From: Macrostomum lignano
Lineage: Eukaryota
DNA length: 64,000 nt
Reading direction: 5' to 3'
NCBI GenBank assembly: GCA_002269645.1
Contig: NIVC01003996.1
Span: 1 to 64,000 of the forward strand
A model generated the notes under the pieces. It was not told the origin of the DNA. It saw only the letters and a list, made by a program, of their open reading frames with translations, and searched no databases. Within the stretch, counting starts at the first letter, position 1, and each line of letters starts with the position of its first letter. Positions 9,470-21,036 of this stretch are shown here, piece after piece. The position numbers were made by a program, and so were the translations under genes.

Positions 9470-12400
9470 ATGCCATCTTTAAAAATCACCCGTAAAGTCT
9501 TCATCCTTGTTGTAATATTGGCGTGCAACACTGTCTGGTCGGTTGCAGATACTAAGTAAGTCCGATTACTTCGACTAATAGTTTTATCAAAGAGAGATAA
9601 TCAAGCTTGTGAATGACAGGAGCTCAAATTTCGCCACCTCGTGGATGTGGCGTCCACCGGCCCAGGAGAAAGGGGCGCCTACCAAGCTACAGGGGCGCCA
9701 CCCAAGAGACAGGGGCGCCAACTAAGAGACAGGGGCGCCTACCAAGAAACAGGGGCGCCTACCAAAAGACAGGGGCGCCACCCAAGAGACTGGGGCGCCA
9801 ACTAAGAGACAGAAGCGCCAGTAGGAGATAAGTAGAGACAGAGGCGCCCACCAAGAGACAGGGGCGCCCACCAAGAGACAGGGGCGCCACCCAAGAGACA
9901 GTGGCGCCCACCAAGAGACAGGGCCGCCCACCAAGAGACAGGGGCGCCCACCAAGAGACAGGGGCGCCCACCAAGAGACAGGGGCGCCCACCAAGAGACA
10001 GGGGCGCCCACCAAGAGACAGGGGCGCCCACCAAGAGCCGCCTTGCTTTCTGGCTTGTGGGTCAACTGTCGGCTAAACCAATAGGTCGTACTATAAAAAT
10101 TTACATCTATGTATTATCTACTCATAATTTAAGCCCATCTTCGGACCAGCACATTCACATTGCTGGCAGCCAGTCCGTTATGGTGGTTGGCGATGAACCT
10201 GACGCAGACACCGATTCTGAACAGCGACTCAAAGCGTGAGTCATGATTTGCTTTGTCTGTTGTATTATTTTCATGTATAAGTGACAGTCTATCTTAAATA
10301 TTAAGTAGATGCCATTTTAAATATGAGATGGTAGCAGCTGTTTACAAGCTTTCATGTGCATTTTTAGTCCATGAAATAGTTTTCGAAGTTAGAATGTCAT
10401 TTTTGAAGATTGGATGCCATCTTTGAATGTTGGATGCCATCTTGAAGGTTGGATACCATCTTTGAAGATTGGATGCCATTTTTGAAGATTTGATGCTATC
10501 TTTGAAGTCTCGATGCCATTTTTTAAGCTTGGATGCCATCTTTGAAGCTTGGATGCCATCTTTGAAGGCTCGATGCCATTTTTTAAGCTTGGATGCCATC
10601 TTTGAAGGCTAGATGCCATTTTTTAAGCTTGGATGCCATCTTTGAAGGCTCGATGCCATTTTTTAAGCTTGGATGCCATCTTTGAAGGCTAGATGCCATA
10701 TTTTTCAGCATGGATGCCATCCTCGAAGGCTCGATGCCATCTTTGAAGATTAGAGTCTCCAAGAATCTTCTCTATTCCTTTAAAGAAGGAAACAGTTGAT
10801 GCTACAATGTGCAGTCTTGATGGCGTGCAATGCATTCTAAATTAGCATCTCTGCTTAATAATACATAGATTAGGGCTAAAAAACACCGACGCTCCACAAG
10901 CATTCAAAAAAGGCGATACCAAAAAAACAAAAACCAATTCCTGCCGCCGATTCTCATTGCAGGAAAAACATTATCGATCGGCTGCTGCAGAACTACACGA
11001 GACAGAACAGTCCTCACGGAGGTGAGCCGCATGAGCACACCTTGCGTGTTTGAAGACAAGGGATGACTACATCCCCCCTCACTCTCTCTCTCACTCTCTC
11101 ACTCTGCATCCACAGGCTCTAGTCAAACACTTGAAACCTTGACAAACACTATTCCAGAAAAAAATATTTGCCGGAGGGCTTTGGGGCGCCCTGGCGCAAC
11201 CGCGTCGGCGACATCCTCCCGCAACCAGGGCTGACGGCAATTCTGCCATTCCGCAGACTCCTGAGCCATGCAAGCGCGCCAATACTGTACGCAGGCACAG
11301 CACTCATACACACGCTCACGCAGGGTGTACAGCAGCCTCCTGACTTTCTAATCGCACTTTACACTCTCTGCCTTGGAGGTTGGCCCATGGGGGTTGGTGA
11401 CTAAATGACTGATTGATTAGAAGAAGAGTGACAAGAAGACAGAGTGACTAGAAGACAGAGTGACTAGAAGACAGTGACTACAAGACAGAGTGACTAGAAG
11501 ATAGAGTGACAAGAGACAGACTGACTAGAAGATAGAGTGACAAGAGACAGACTGACTAGAAGATAGAGTGACTAGAAGACAGAGTGACTAGAAAACAGAA
11601 TGACTAGAAGACAGAGTGACAAGAATTCAGAGTGACTAGAAGACAGAGTGACTAGAAGACAGAGTGACTACAAGACAGAGTGACTACAAGACAGAGTGAC
11701 TAGAAGATAGAGTGACAAGAGACAGACTGACTAGAAGACAGAGTGACTACAAGATAGAGTGACTAGAAGATAGAGTGACAAGAGACAGACTGACTAGAAG
11801 ATAGAGTGACTAGAAGACAGAGTGACTACAAGACAGAGTGACTAGACGAAAAGTGCAAGGGTTTTAGAGTTCTTGCGATTCTAGCGATGCAGAAAAATTC
11901 ATTGAAAAGTTTATCCCTTAGTCAGTGACTTCCTTTGCCGTCGTAAATAATTTCTGTTTTGTCCTTGACGCCCTGTATGTATGGCTTAGGACAAGACTAA
12001 TTCCCTTTACATCCGATGCGAACCATGAGATTTACAGCTAGACTGCCTCTTTCTGTTGTTCATGTGAACGATATTTTTTGTTGCTAATGCTGACTGAAGG
12101 ATTATTCAAATGTATTTTCTATACCTCATTATTCATTATGATATGGTTATTTTTACACTGTAACATTGCCTATGATGATTAGAGTGGGCATCTAACGGAC
12201 CATAAATTACAATATGGTCTATACAACTGTTTGTCTCTTGTATAATTAGTATAAATCTGAAAGGCCTAATACGAACTATTGTTTATGATAAACATACTAG
12301 CTATATGGTAATTATATATCAACTTCAATATCTACAGACAAATGTACTTTTAATAATAGAACTGTACATCTACTTCAATATCTACAGACAAATGTACTTT

Positions 12401-15400
12401 TAATAATAGAACTGTACATCTACTTCAATATCTACCGATAGAAGCACCTCAATAACACGCAAAAACATCAAAGCAAAACAATTCTCAACAGATTTATGAA
12501 CAAATTTTTTCCAGGAAATCGATGAGGCCCTATTTATTTATTAGTCCATCTCATGTGGGCTTCAAATCGACAGCAGCCTTGAGACGAGATTTGCATGTCT
12601 GCCTGTGCGGCACAAAAACTTCAGCCGCTTAAGTTTGCAATCGTTTTTTTCGGGAGGGAAGTCTTTGCCTCAGCCTCCTTCATCGATTTTTTGCATATTT
12701 ATGTCAACACTTTGCCTGCAGTGGGGCTTCTGCCGGGGGCCGGTGTGGGCGATGAGTGGAGAGAGAAAGAAGAGAAGAAGAAAGAGAAATGCAAGTAAGG
12801 GAAGGCGGCGATAGGGAGACGGGGTGACAATATTCAGAGTGACAAGAATTCAGAGTGACAAGAATTCAGAGTGACTAGAATTAAGAGTGACTAGACTTAA
12901 GAGTGACTAGAATTCAGAGTGACTAGAATTCAGAGTGACTAGAATTCAGAGTGACTAGAATTCAGAGTGACTAGAAGAAAGTGTGACTAGAAGAAAGAGT
13001 GACTAGAAAACAGAGTGACTAGAAAACAGAGTGACTAGAAAACAGAGTGACTAGAAAACAGAGTGACTAGAAAACAGAGTGACTAGAAAACAGAGTGACT
13101 AGAAAACAGAGTGACTAGAAAACAGAGTGACTAGAAAACAGAGTGACTAGAAAACAGAGTGACTAGAAGGCAGAGTGACTAGAAGACAGAGTGACTAGAA
13201 GGCAGAGTGAAAGTGACAACAGGCAAGCAGCGAGATAAGAGCCTTAATAATAAATCTGAAATAAAATAAGAAAAGACAAATAAAAAAAGTGGTTTCCGGG
13301 CCTTCGCTCCATCCCGAACCCAGCAGGCCAGCATTTTTTCGTCACGCTCAGCTGGATTCGCCCTTTCCTTGTTCTTGTCCTCATCCCAGCCCTATGTCGA
13401 ACAAAACGGATTACTTAGCGAAGGTTATGAGGAGCCCATTTGCAGATTGGAGCGGATCCAAATGACACACATGTATCACATGACGTCTAGTATACTGTAT
13501 ACTTCTTCTATTAATAAGCCTTCCTGTCTGTTATACGGAACCACTCGATCTTGTGTGTGAGTGTGTACTGGACCCCCCCCCCCGCCTATACCGCCCGCCT
13601 TCATTTCCTTCATTCCACTTTTCCATTTTCTTGCCCCCCAGGCTGCTGGGTGACGCGATTAATCCCAATTCTCTCTCTCTCACTCTCCCTACGTTTCAGT
13701 AGGCTCATTCTACAATTCTGTCAATACTTTAATCTCTATTTTTTAAATTTTATATCAGTGTACTTGGAGGTATTCATTTTCAGCTGCTCACACTATTCCC
13801 TGAATCCCCGGCTGTCTCGCAACTACTTTCTCCTCTCTCCCATCTACTTATCTCCTCTCCTATTTACTCTCTCTCTTCTCTCATCTACTCTCTCTCTTCT
13901 CTCATCTACTCTCTCTCTCTCTCATCTACTCTCTCCCTTCTCTCATCTACTCTCTCCCTTCTCTCATCTACTCTCTTGATCCCTTCTCCCATCTACTCTC
14001 TCTCTTTCCTCTCCCATCTACTCTCTTCCCTCTCGCATCTACTCTTTCCCCTCTCCATCTACTCTCTCCCTTCCTATCTTCTCCCTTCCCTCTCCCATCT
14101 ACTCTCTCCCTTCCTATCTTCCCCCTTCCCTCCCCCATCTACTCTCTCCCCTCTCGCATCTACTCTCTCCCCTCTCGCATCTACTCTCTCTCTTCTCTCA
14201 TCTACTCTCCCCTCTTACATCTACTCTCTCTCCTCTTTCATCTATTCTTCCCCCTTTTCAATCTACTCTCTTCCCTCTTCTATCTACTCTCTCCCCCTCT
14301 CTCATCTACTCTATCTCCTCTTCCATCTGCTCTCTCTTCTCCAGTTTCTATAATACTCTTACAATCCTCTCTAACTCTCGTCATTTCCTCTTCCCAAATA
14401 TCCTCATTTTATCCCTATTTTTTTCCTATAACCCCCCCTCTAAATATTAACCTATATCCAATATCATTCGCTCCAATGTGTTTCATATTGACTCCTATTT
14501 TATAATACCTTGAAAATTCCGCAGTAAAATTTATGTGATTACCATATTTCTCTATGCACTAACTGACGCACCTTGGGTTATAAATGCCTTCGACCATATA
14601 TATATACTTAGTACTATAATTAGTTGATATAAGGTCTCTCAGCGAAGCCGGATATTGTCTGGCAAGCTTTATAGAATCCTCGAGCGAGGATCAAACTACA
14701 GGAAACGGTTAAGCACTACTAGTAGATGCTAAAATGCTAGATAAACGTGTATAGACAAAGAATGAGGTTGTTGGTTAATGAACTTTTTTTAGATTAATCT
14801 CATCGATTACTTGTGTTATGGGTAGTACCGCTATGTTGTAAGCTTAGATTACTGATTAAGTCATAAAGCACCTTCGCTTTTGTGATTAATTGGCATTCAA
14901 AAGCTTTGAAAAATCATGGATTAATAAAAGTACAAAGAAGGGGAGTACTATGTTTCCTGGAAAGATTTTGAAGCCGAGTTTTATAATTAGTCATAAGTAG
15001 TCAATCATGTAAAAACCAGGCCTTCAAAAAGTGTTCCAAGAAACTAACGAACAAATAATAGCATCTTTATTTTCACTTGCCTGCTAAAATGATTAATTAG
15101 ATAATATTTAGTACGAAAATGTATTATGTTGCAGACAAGCCAACAACAGTGCAACTTGGCATCTACATCAATAGCTTTTACTCTATCAGTGAGCAGACAA
15201 TGGTAAATGTCTTATTTTTACATTTTGAAAAAAAATGATTAAGCCAATGCTTAACGCCTTTTTAAATGGCCTTTTAAAAATCTGTCTCAAACTCAAAACT
15301 TCCAGGACTACTCCGTGAACATCTATCTACGTCAGGAGTGGTTCGACCCCAGACTACAGTACAACAAGTCTGAAATCGGACGAAACAAAGACTGCGTCAA

Positions 15401-18400
15401 GCTGGAGGACAAGATCTGGGAGAAGCTCTGGGTGCCGGACGTGTTTTTCAGGTCGCGCCAGTTTAAAACATCGATTTGAACCTTTTTAGTACATGTGGAC
15501 TAGCCATTTCGCCCCCCTCCGGGTAGCTATACGAAAACGAGGCTTTATCATTTGTATCTTAGCAATGCTAAAATGGAGTTTAAAAATATCTTTAGGAGAT
15601 TTAGACGATTTAGAAAAGCAATATTTTTCTTTCTGGACTTTTCAGTAACCCTAATTGTGCTTGAGTGAATGAAACTAAGTTTTCTGTTCAAATATCAGCA
15701 AGTTATTAAAGGAGGGCTGCACCCTGACAAAAAGACAAGACAGAGTGACTACAAGACAGTGACTAGAAGACAGGGTGACTACAAGACAGAGTGACTAGAA
15801 GACAGGGTGACTACAAGACAGAGTGACTAAAAGACAGAGTGACTACAAGACAGAGTGACTACAAGACAGAGTGACTACAAGACAGAGTGACTACAAGACA
15901 GGGTAACTAGCACTGTCACCCTGTCTTCTAGTCCCTCTCATGTAGGGTGTACAGCGGCCTTGACTTTCAAATCTTCAGGAGATGTACACTTTCTTGGCAG
16001 CACCTCGAAGTAAACACACACTTTCTTCATTTGGAATTCGGAAGTCCAGGGATGACAGTATTGAGAATTTATTGCTGAAAAAAACTGAAGACTTCCGATC
16101 CCGCTAATGCATTTTCTGAACGATTTACGAATAGTTTTAGTAACCAGCTTAGTTCTAAATCAACGCTATCGCCTAAAATCATTCCTTTCAAAAAGCAGAA
16201 ACGAGAAGAAAGCCGACTTTCATCACGTGACCATTCCGAATCGCTTCATCAATCTCTACCCGAGCGGGAAGCTGTGGTACGTGATGAAGTGAGTTTCTCT
16301 CCAGAAGCGATCGGGTTTTCATTAGTTGCGTATTGTAAAGTGTCTTCCGCAAAAGCTGCTCTTGTCTTGAGCAGTCACACGCTACGCCGCTTCACTCCAG
16401 CATTCTTCAAATTGAATTTGCAGAATCTCAGCCACCTTGTCCTGCATGATGCAGCTGCAGAAATATCCGCTGGACACGCAAATCTGCCCCATGATGCTGG
16501 AGAGCTGTGAGCGTAATTGATTGGCTCTGGTTTGACCTTGGTGTGAATTTTTAATTGATACTAGTTGCTCACCCAACTCCATCTCAGGCATCTCTCACAC
16601 TCTCATCAATCTTATTCTCCCCCATCTCACTCTCACCCATCTCACTCTCAGCTATCTCACTCTCTTCATCTCACTCTCACCCATCTCACCCTCACAAATC
16701 TTACTCTCGCCCAGCTCACCCTCACCCATTTCACTACTCTCACCCCCATCTCACTCTCGCTTATCTCACCCTAAAAAATCTCACTCTCACCCATCTCAAT
16801 CTCACCCAAATCACTCTCACCCATCTCACTCTCAACCATCTTAACCCTCAGAAATCTCACTCTCATCAATCTCACCCTCTCCCATTTCACTACTCTCACC
16901 CATCTCAGTCTCACCCATCCCACTCTTCCATCTCACTCTTATCTATCTCACTCTCACCCATCTCAATCTCACTTATCTCACTCTCACCGATCTCACCCTC
17001 ACAAATCTTACTCTCAACCATCCCACCAAAACCTCCGCTCGGCAGTCGGTCACACCATGAAAACGGTGGTATTCAAGTGGCTGGTGAACAAGTCCGTAGA
17101 ATCTACTGACGAACTCAGCATGCCACAGTTTGTACTCATCGGCTACCCAACCAGAGATTGCTCAAAGAACTACACTACTGGGAGTTATCCCTGCCTGCAG
17201 GTGGACTTCATTCTGCGACGAGACATCGGTTATTTTATTATCCAAGTGAGCAACACTCTCAGAGGCAGCCTAGGGGAAAAATTTGATTAAGAATAATTAG
17301 ATGATAAAATATACTCTTATTCAATTTCCCACAGGTGTACATACCAACTGTGCTCATAGTCATTCTCAGCTGGGTTGCATTCTGGATTAACACCGAAGCG
17401 ATACCGGCCAGGGTCAGTCTTGGACTGCTCACAGGTGAGGGCCTGGAACTGCTGATGACCCAGTCTATGAGCACAAAAATTTTTCAAGAAACTGTAGCTT
17501 GAGCTCTTTTTTCAATCTTTCGAAAAAGGAAATTAGTTTTGAAAATGTGACTTTTGTAAAATACATTCTTAGAAACTTTTAGTCATTCTGTCTTCTAGTC
17601 ACTCTGAATTCTAGTCACTCTGTCTTCTAGGCACTCTGCCTTCTAGTCACTGTTATCTAGTCACTCTGTATTATAGTCACTCTGTATTATAGTCACTCTG
17701 TCTTCAAGGCACTCTGCCTTCTAGTCACTCTGAATTCTAGTCACTCTGTCTTCTAGGCACTGAGATGCCTTCTAGTCACTCTGTTATCTAGTCACTCTGC
17801 TTCTAGTCACTCTTTTATCTAGTCACTCTGAATTCTAGTCACTCTGTTATCTAGTCACTCTGTCTTCTAGTCACTCGGTCTTCTAGTCACTGTGTCTTCT
17901 AGTTACTCTGTCGTCTATTCACTCTGTCTTCTAGTCACTGTTTTTCTAGTCACTCTGTCTTCTAGTCACTCTGTCTTCTAGTCACACTGTCTTCTAGTCA
18001 CTCTGTCTTCTAGTCACTCTGTCTTTTAGTCACTCTGAATACTAGTCACCCTGAATTCTAGTCCCTATCTTCAAGCCACTCTGAATTCTAGTCAGTCTGA
18101 ATTCTAGTCACACTGTCTTCTAGTCACTCTGTCTTCTAGTCACTCTGTCTTTTAGTCACTCTGAATACTAGTCACCCTGAATTCTAGTCCCTATCTTCAA
18201 GCCACTCTGAATTCTAGTCAGTCTGAATTCTAGTCACTCTGTCTTTTAGTCAGTCTGTCTTCTAGTCACCCTGTCTTCTAACCGACTGATAGAGGTGAAA
18301 TGATCCCATCCTAAAAATACAATCCCTTTTCCCTTGGCAGTGCTCACCATGACAACGCAGTCGTCAGGAGCTGGTCAATCCCTCCCCAGAGTCTCCTACA

Positions 18401-19375
18401 TCAAGGCCATCGACGTGTGGATGAGTGTCTGTCTCATATTTGTGTTCGCCTCGCTTTTAGAATTCGCCGTTGTCAATGTTTACAGTAGGAAAGACACGAA
18501 CGAACAGCGCAGATTGCAGTTGCGAAAGCAGACAGAACAGCAAAAATTACATGAGCAACAGCAGCAGCAGCAGCAACCGACAGTGTCAGTGTTGAAGGCT
18601 GCAAGGATACAAGACAATTTCTATCAAAGTAGCAGCTGCTGCAGTGTCAGCATTGAACCCGAAGCCTCCACTAGTGGCTTTGTAAGTTTTCTTTTTCTGT
18701 AAAAATTTTCGTTTCTGACTACTTATATTTAATTGTTGTAGTAGTATACGCGAGTATAGTTTAGCATGAATACAGATGAAAATTCGTGTCTAGGTAGGAA
18801 TGGTCAGATCCAGAATTAAAAAATAAATAAATGGGTCGGGACTGTAAAGATCGGGACTGGGACTTTATGAAGGATCGGAAGTGTCAGGACCGGAATTGGG
18901 ACTGTTAGGATCGGGATCGGGACTGTCAGGATCGGGACTGTTAGGATCGGGATTGGGACTGTCAGGATCGGGATCGGGACTGTCAGGATCGAGACTGTCA
19001 GGATCAGGATCGGGAATGTCAGGATCGGGATTAGGACTGTCAGGGTCGGGATCGGGACTATCAGGATCGGGATTGGGACTGTCAGGATCAAATTTCATGC
19101 TGACAAAACCCTCCTCCCAATTCCAGTCCCCCATGAGCAGAGCAGACTCACTCAATCACAAGTGCCCAATCACTAATGAGCGATCAGCAAAGTTAACTGA
19201 CATTTTGAGTCAACCACAGCAACTGTCCGGTCGAATCGAAAACTATTCGAGAATTCCGCCTGTCGTTATGGTCAGCCGAGCCAGCAAAATTGATAAAATC
19301 GCTAGACGGTTGTTTCCGCTCAGTTTCTTACTGTTTAACGTCATCTACTGGGTGATGTACGCCATTGTGAAGTGA
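9470..19375 (+). CDS. Cys-loop ligand-gated chloride channel subunit (glycine receptor / GluCl-like), about 495 aa
   Basis: Exons 9470-9555 (signal peptide [19 protein letters not shown]), 10170-10235 (less certain), 10963-11021 ([11 protein letters not shown]), 15135-15202 ([15 protein letters not shown]), 15306-15451 ([17 protein letters not shown]...LWVPDVFF), 16199-16288, 16424-16506 (Cys-loop [15 protein letters not shown]), 17046-17245 (loop [13 protein letters not shown]), 17335-17434 (M1, PAR motif), 18341-18681 (M2/M3), 19127-19375 (M4). All introns are GT-AG and phases are consistent (1488 nt). The 68-nt and 83-nt exons match the conserved GABA/Gly receptor exon sizes. Confidence 0.93.
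9662..10036. repeat. 20-bp minisatellite (ggggcgcccaccaagagaca)
   Basis: Tandem units, in channel intron 1. Confidence 0.92.
10395..10750. repeat. About 20-bp minisatellite (ttggatgccatctttgaag) with 40-bp dimer structure
   Basis: Tandem units, in channel intron 2. Confidence 0.9.
11165..11400 (-). mobile_element. Divergent relative of SINE family A body
   Basis: Shares ccattccgc.gactcc..., caagcgcgc, gtgtacagc.gcc and gccttgg.ggttggcc in the same order as 6730-6945. Confidence 0.55.
11425..11848 (+). repeat. 16-bp minisatellite (agagtgactagaagac), array 1
   Basis: Tandem units, in channel intron 3. Confidence 0.92.
12835..13210 (+). repeat. 16-bp minisatellite (agagtgactagaaaac/ttc), array 2
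   Basis: Same unit family as 11425-11848. Confidence 0.92.
13825..14345. repeat. CT-rich repeat (ctctctc.catcta)
   Basis: Seen directly. It is the source of the L/S-rich ORFs. Confidence 0.88.
15728..15935 (+). repeat. 16-bp minisatellite (agagtgactacaagac), array 3, ending in a short inverted unit
   Basis: Tandem units followed by cactgtcaccctgtcttctagtc. Confidence 0.88.
16565..17025. repeat. Minisatellite (ctcactctcacccat), about 15 bp
   Basis: Degenerate tandem units ending about 20 bp before the exon at 17046. Confidence 0.88.
17582..18280 (-). repeat. 16-bp minisatellite, array 4, inverted (tctagtcactctgtct)
   Basis: Reverse complement of the agagtgactagaagac unit. Confidence 0.92.
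18845..19092. repeat. Minisatellite (atcgggactgtcagg)
   Basis: Tandem units in the last channel intron. It produces the GS- and DP-rich ORFs. Confidence 0.9.
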
Positions 19376-19674
19376 ACTTCAAATGTTAAAAAAAGCAAAT
19401 AAAGCGACATAGCGCAGTATCACATTGTGACAATTTTTGAAGGCTGGTTTGACAATATATTTAACTGTCTTGAACTTCCAAAACGCTTAAGTTGTGTTTA
19501 GAAGAAACAATTCGTTAAAGAGAAAATATTCGTAAATTATGTTTTTTTCTTGTTTCGTAAATTTTGATTAAATATTGAACCTACCTTGGGCTAAAAGTAC
19601 ACATGTACTTCGGATAAATTTTCAAATGACCTTCAAAAGTACAGATTGTGAATAAATCTAGCTAATGCATTTTT

Positions 19675-19990
19675 GTGGGTGCCCATCTCTGTAGCTAGTG
19701 ACCCCCTCTGTAGCTAGTGACCCCCTCTGTAGCTAGTGCCCCTCTGTAGCTTGTGACCCCCTCTGTTACTGGTGACCCCCTTCTGTTGCTGGTGACCCCA
19801 TCAATAGCAAGTGGCCCCTCTGTAGCTGGTGACCCCTTCTGTAGCTGGTGACCCCTTTCTGTAGCTGGTGACCCCTTCTGTTGCTGGTGACCCCTTTCTG
19901 TAGCTGGTGACTTTCTTCTGTTGCTGGCGACCCCCCATCAATAGCCAGTGGCCCCCTCTGTAGCTGGCAACCCCCTCTCTGTAGCTGGCG
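19675..19990. repeat. 19-20-bp minisatellite (gtagctggtgacccct.ct)
   Basis: Tandem units 3' of the channel gene. Confidence 0.9.
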
Positions 19991-20541
19991 AATTATTTGC
20001 TTCAAGCACCTCCCCCAGAAGATACTCAGCAAAGACAATCTCCCGCAAGCAAAACTTTCCCAGCAATTCGATCTTGTCGAATATTGTAAATTCAGTCACA
20101 TACTTTGGTACACGTGGAATCAGCAACTGTTTAATCAAAATATTTATTTACCTGATTAACAAATAAGTATAGTTAATGCCAACTTTGTGATGCAAATATT
20201 GACGTTACAATCCAATATTACATCGAGATCCAAAAATACGCAGTTGCGAATGTACTTCAGTTACTTTTAATACATTATTATTATATACCCATTCTAATTT
20301 GATTGGTTGTTCAAATTTCCTCATAGACTAATAATTATTCATAAATTTAACCCAGCAAATTGATTAATAATATTAGCTAATATGGGCATGGATGTCTTCG
20401 CTACCTCAGCGCTTTAGCAACTTTGAATGGCGATCTCCGATAGGGACAAAGAAGGTTAACAGTCAATTTTCTTCATGACGGAATCGAAGTCTGAGCCTGT
20501 AAGTTGAACTATTGTGAAATCTATCATCAAAAAGACACTTG

Positions 20542-20676
20542 ATAAAGTTGGGGCCGCTGTACACTCCTGTGTGAGTGAGTGCCTGTGCGTATGACTGCGT
20601 ACGTATCCGCGCGCTTGTGTGCCTGCTCAGGGGTGTCGGCGGAATGGGCAGCAATGCCTCTCGCTAGCCGGTTGTG
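20542..20676 (+). mobile_element. SINE family A internal fragment
   Basis: ataaagttggggccgctgtacactcctgtgtgag...ggcggaatgggcagcaatgcctctcgc is near-identical to 8655-8770. Confidence 0.8.
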
Positions 20677-21036
20677 CGGTTTTCGAAGTGTCGAGCTTAT
20701 CGAGTTTTCTGTCTTCGAAAATGTAGAATTTCCAGTTTGTGAAAGCTGCATGCTCTGAAGCGAGAGCAGAACTTGCTCACCGCTATTAAGCGTTCTGGTT
20801 GCGGGTCCACTGTCATCTTGACCATAAAGACTTGACTCAGGTCGATTTGACCGTCCTGCGGTGTCCCTTCCGGAGAGTCCAGGAGGTGGATGGTCGCTCA
20901 CCCGGTAGCCTTTAGGTAGGGGACGAGCTGGCAGAGATTCTTGGGCCCGAAAACTTCGGAGAGATAGCTGGAGAAGCAGAATAGGAATTCCCTGGAGATA
21001 GCCATGCCTAGCATATATCCATGACCTGAGAGGGCC

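Noticed and set aside
13391-13490. Extra channel exon (good acceptor; LLSEGYE resembles the N-terminal helix motif)
   Set aside because: The real helix exon is 10963-11021, which joins 15135 in phase; no suitable donor was found here.
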